This document shows, piece after piece, positions 62,778 to 64,000 of a DNA stretch of 64,000 nucleotides. How positions within the stretch are numbered: position 1 is the stretch's first letter; each line of letters starts with the position of its first letter. The notes under the pieces were generated by a model. That model saw only the letters and a list, made by a program, of their open reading frames with translations. It ran no database searches and was not told the origin of the DNA. Source of the stretch: Azolla caroliniana (lineage: Eukaryota; Plantae; Polypodiophyta); NCBI GenBank assembly GCA_043228905.1, contig JBHGNT010000022.1:6944001-7008000 (forward strand). The letters are read 5' to 3'. Both the position numbers and the translations under genes were made by a program.

Positions 62778-64000
62778 TGTTGGAATAAAAGGCCGACTCC
62801 TTCCACTATGTATCCTTAGTGTGAACACACACGTTCACAAGTTAGGGCTTGAGTATATAAGCCCAACTGCATCATTGTAGAGAGTGAGAGTTTTATAGAA
62901 GAGAATAACAAAGTTGTTAGGAAACATGTCCCTCTGGAATGGGAAGAGGAGCACGAGTCGAAGAAAGGACCGAATCGGTTGACAACAACTCAGCTGAGAC
63001 CGAAAAATCAAATCGATTGTTTGATTCGGTTGTGGCCGAATAATCGAATCCGAATCGATTTGGCCAATAGTCGAATCGGTCGAAGCTGACTCGGGGCTAT
63101 ATCTGTAAATAGAGTTAATGTGCCCCTATGGGTTATATTTGTAAATAGCCCGGAATGTTGTATTAGTACAAATACACCTAGGGCAATCATAATGTTATCA
63201 TCAGAATACTAGTTGATCATTGTTGAGAAAGTCGTAGTTGGTTGTTGCCACTGTAACCAAGTGAGTGAGTGAGAGTTGTAACTCTACCGCCGACAAAGAC
63301 GTGCTTGAGGTCGGTGCCTATGAGTCTCCTTGTATTCCCCTCTCTATATAGTGATTTGTTTCTTGGGGTTTGTGGACCCCCATGGTTTTTCCCTTTCAGG
63401 TTTTCCATGTAAAAACACTTGGGTCTCTGTATTTCTGTTTTTGGCATGTCTGCATATTGTCATTCTCGATATGCATACTTGACAATCAGTTGTGGCCGGT
63501 TGATTCTCGACAAAAACTTCCATTAGAGCAGGCTACACTATCTATCTTGCTTCTTACTTCTTGTCTATTGTGCATACTTTGTCTTCCTGTCGTGTCAATG
63601 TTGTTTGCTTGACACATTAACTTGCAGGTCCTCACATCTTCTTATATATATATTTTATACAAGTGGTATTAGAGTGATCTTGCTGTCCAACAACAACGAA
63701 CGGTAGAAAGATGAAAAAGAAGCTATCTGGTTGAGAGAAAAGACTAGGTCAACAACATCTACTTTCAAAAAAAGGCGACACAATCCGGCACGAATGTGGA
63801 AATCCGGAAGTTCGATGGGAAGAACTTCGCCCTCTAGAAAGAGATGATGCAGGATGTTCTTAACATCCGACGACAAGTTGAAGCCATTCGGCATAATACC
63901 AAGCCGGCTTCAATGTCTACTGAAGAATGACAATCTATGGAGGAGATAGCCAGATTGACCATTTAGATGCATTTGGCCGAGAACCTCTATGTCAGCATGG
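62778..64000 (+). mobile_element. Copia family B 5' end (LTR, PBS, gag start), running off the window
   Basis: LTR start TGTTGGAATAAAAGGCCGACTCC matches 15396. PBS TGGTATTAGAG at ~63664. Gag NVEIRKFDGKNFAL*KEMMQDVL. Confidence 0.85.
62915..63512 (+). mobile_element. Family C-type solo LTR inserted in the family B LTR
   Basis: Start TGTTAGGAAACA matches 3124. Ends CTCGACA. Degraded TSD AAAGT/AAAAC, with the host LTR sequence resuming afterwards. Confidence 0.65.

Overview
Eukaryotic land-plant genomic DNA. It is probably a fern or another non-seed vascular plant, an inference from the PPR style, the vicilin-like gene and the microsatellites. About three quarters of the window is nested, decayed retrotransposon sequence: several Ty1/copia families (called A, B and C here), Ty3/gypsy (Tat/Athila-like) fragments and LTRs, solo LTRs with readable target-site duplications (TSDs), and two LINE remnants. 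Three host genes look intact: a 6-exon vicilin/7S-globulin-like bicupin (38145-40716, +), an intronless eIF1A CDS (53322-53759, -) and a 955-aa PLS-class PPR protein ending in E1/partial E2 (58375-61242, -). The most unusual signal is a set of tRNA-like Pol III A/B-box cassettes. One copy (13.1 kb) and a 5-unit array (19.9-20.5 kb) lie inside long gypsy-type LTRs, and a convergent pair (45.2-45.4 kb) lies in LTR-like context. This recalls the 5S cassette of Cassandra LTRs but is tRNA-derived. Second, copia family A has a duplicated LRG/PPT motif bracketing a ~200-aa charged Pol extension that carries a conserved TWSDVVKG motif. All calls were made by eye; family names, homologies and approximate boundaries need computational confirmation.
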